A stretch of DNA of 63,318 nucleotides, counting the filler, from Conidiobolus incongruus B7586 (lineage: Eukaryota), in NCBI GenBank assembly GCA_000697335.1. It is 8 parts of 8 records of this genome, joined end to end, with 100 filler letters (N's around TTAATTAATTAA, not from the genome) between each part and the next. Parts side by side here need not be neighbours in the genome. Positions count along the whole stretch, not along the records: positions 61,327 to 63,318 come from JNEM01006018.1; 7 more parts are not named here. One strand, written 5' to 3'. Position numbers and translations under genes: made by a program. Every line of letters starts with the position of its first letter. The first letter of the stretch is position 1. The notes beneath the pieces are model-generated. The model made no database searches and had not been told where the DNA came from. It worked only from the letters and a program-made list of their open reading frames with translations. This document shows, piece after piece, positions 62,125 to 63,318 of this stretch.

Positions 62125-63318
62125 ATGGATATGAACGATTCTAACGGTCTGATAGGAGTTGAAGTACAAGCTCAAAGAATAAGGCAGTTTAAAGAATATT
62201 TTACTAATGATGTAAGAAAATAGAGTTTAATTTTCAATAATTTAATTAACATTATTATTAGGAAGGGAAGAGAATTTACCTGCATCAAATTGAAAAGCTT
62301 TTGACTAGCGAAGAAAAGAGATTAATTGTTGATTTAGATCACATTAGAGTATTCAAAGCTGAGTTAGCTGATAGGTAAGTTTTTACATAAAATTTAATCA
62401 AAATAAGTATTTATTCTAAAGTTGCATAGAATTTTAAAAGATCCCAGTAACTACTTTACCGCTCTGGAAGAAGCCCTCAAAGAAGTAGCCAGAAACACTG
62501 CCGATTCATTAGCTCTCCCATTCAACATATATGACCAATATTCTGTCGGTTTAGTTGGCAGCTTTGGTGATCACCATGTCAATCCCCGTTCATTACAATC
62601 CCGATTCATAGGAAAGATGGTCTCCCTAGAAGGTATTGTCACCAAATGCTCCCTTTTTCGTCCCAAAATAGTCAGAAGTGTTCACTATTGCGAAGCCAAA
62701 AAGACTTTCATGTACAAAGAATACAGAGATTCAACCAAATTAACCATGCCTGGGTCTAATCTTGGTGCCACTGGTACTGCTTATCCTACTACCGATGCTG
62801 AAAATAATTTATTGATGACCGAATATGGACTCTCAATTTACAAAGATCATCAAAATATTAGCGTTCAAGAGATGCCCGAAAGAGCCCCTCCTGGGCAGCT
62901 TCCTCGATCTGTTGAAGTTCTTCTCGATGATGACTTGGTTGATCAAATCAAGCCTGGTGATCGTGTCCGTATTTCTGGTGTTTACAGATCCTTGGGTGGT
63001 GGTAAAAATGGTAATGCCACCTTTCGTACCGCTTTAATTACCAATCACATCTCCGTCATTGGTTCTAAATCCAGCTCATCCACCTCTATTCCCTCCACCA
63101 TCGTTTTAACTGATGATGACAAGAGAAACATCAAACAAATTGCCAGAAGAGGTAAAATTTTTGATTTACTTTCTCAATCTCTTATGCCTTCAGTCTATGG
63201 GCACAGCTATATCAAGAAAGCTATTGCTTTGATGTTGTTGGGTGGTGTTGAAAAAAATTTAGATAATGGTACTCACATTCGTGGTGATATTAACATTTTA
63301 CTTGTTGGTGATCCCTCC
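62125..63318 (+). CDS. MCM3: DNA replication licensing factor MCM3, 5' part (two introns; runs off the window)
   Basis: GSFGDHHVNPRSL, LEGIVTKCSLFRPKIVRSVHYC, TEYGLSIYKDHQ..QEMPERAPPGQLPRS, KPGDRV and GGVEKNLDNGTHIRGDINILLVGDPS. Confidence 0.95.

Overview
AT-rich, intron-containing eukaryotic DNA, most consistent with an early-diverging (non-Dikarya) fungus. That placement is inferred from the gene content, the short AT-rich introns and a U12-type intron. The window is eight contigs joined by seven identical artificial 100-bp spacers (N44-TTAATTAATTAA-N44), so adjacency across gaps is not established. Recognisable genes: histidine phosphatase, stand-alone MoaA/MOCS1A, prefoldin 5, GH16 and GH81 beta-glucanases, BUD20, fragments of a P450 and a serine racemase, GlcNAc-6-P deacetylase, two PY-motif membrane paralogues, midasin (three redundant contigs), MCM3, tRNA-Gln(TTG) and tRNA-Ala(AGC). 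Three main highlights. (1) A young LTR family whose end lies exactly 10 bp upstream of two different tRNA genes; one copy is a complete 556-bp solo LTR with a 5-bp TSD and an ORF starting inside it, pointing to a Ty3-like Pol III-targeting retrotransposon. (2) Nested mariner, Tc1 and chromovirus elements destroyed by massive C->T/G->A hypermutation (mostly CpA/TpG, plus CpG), a RIP-like signature that the tRNA-linked LTRs do not show. (3) A canonical U12-type AT-AC intron in prefoldin 5. All analysis was by eye; no searches were run.
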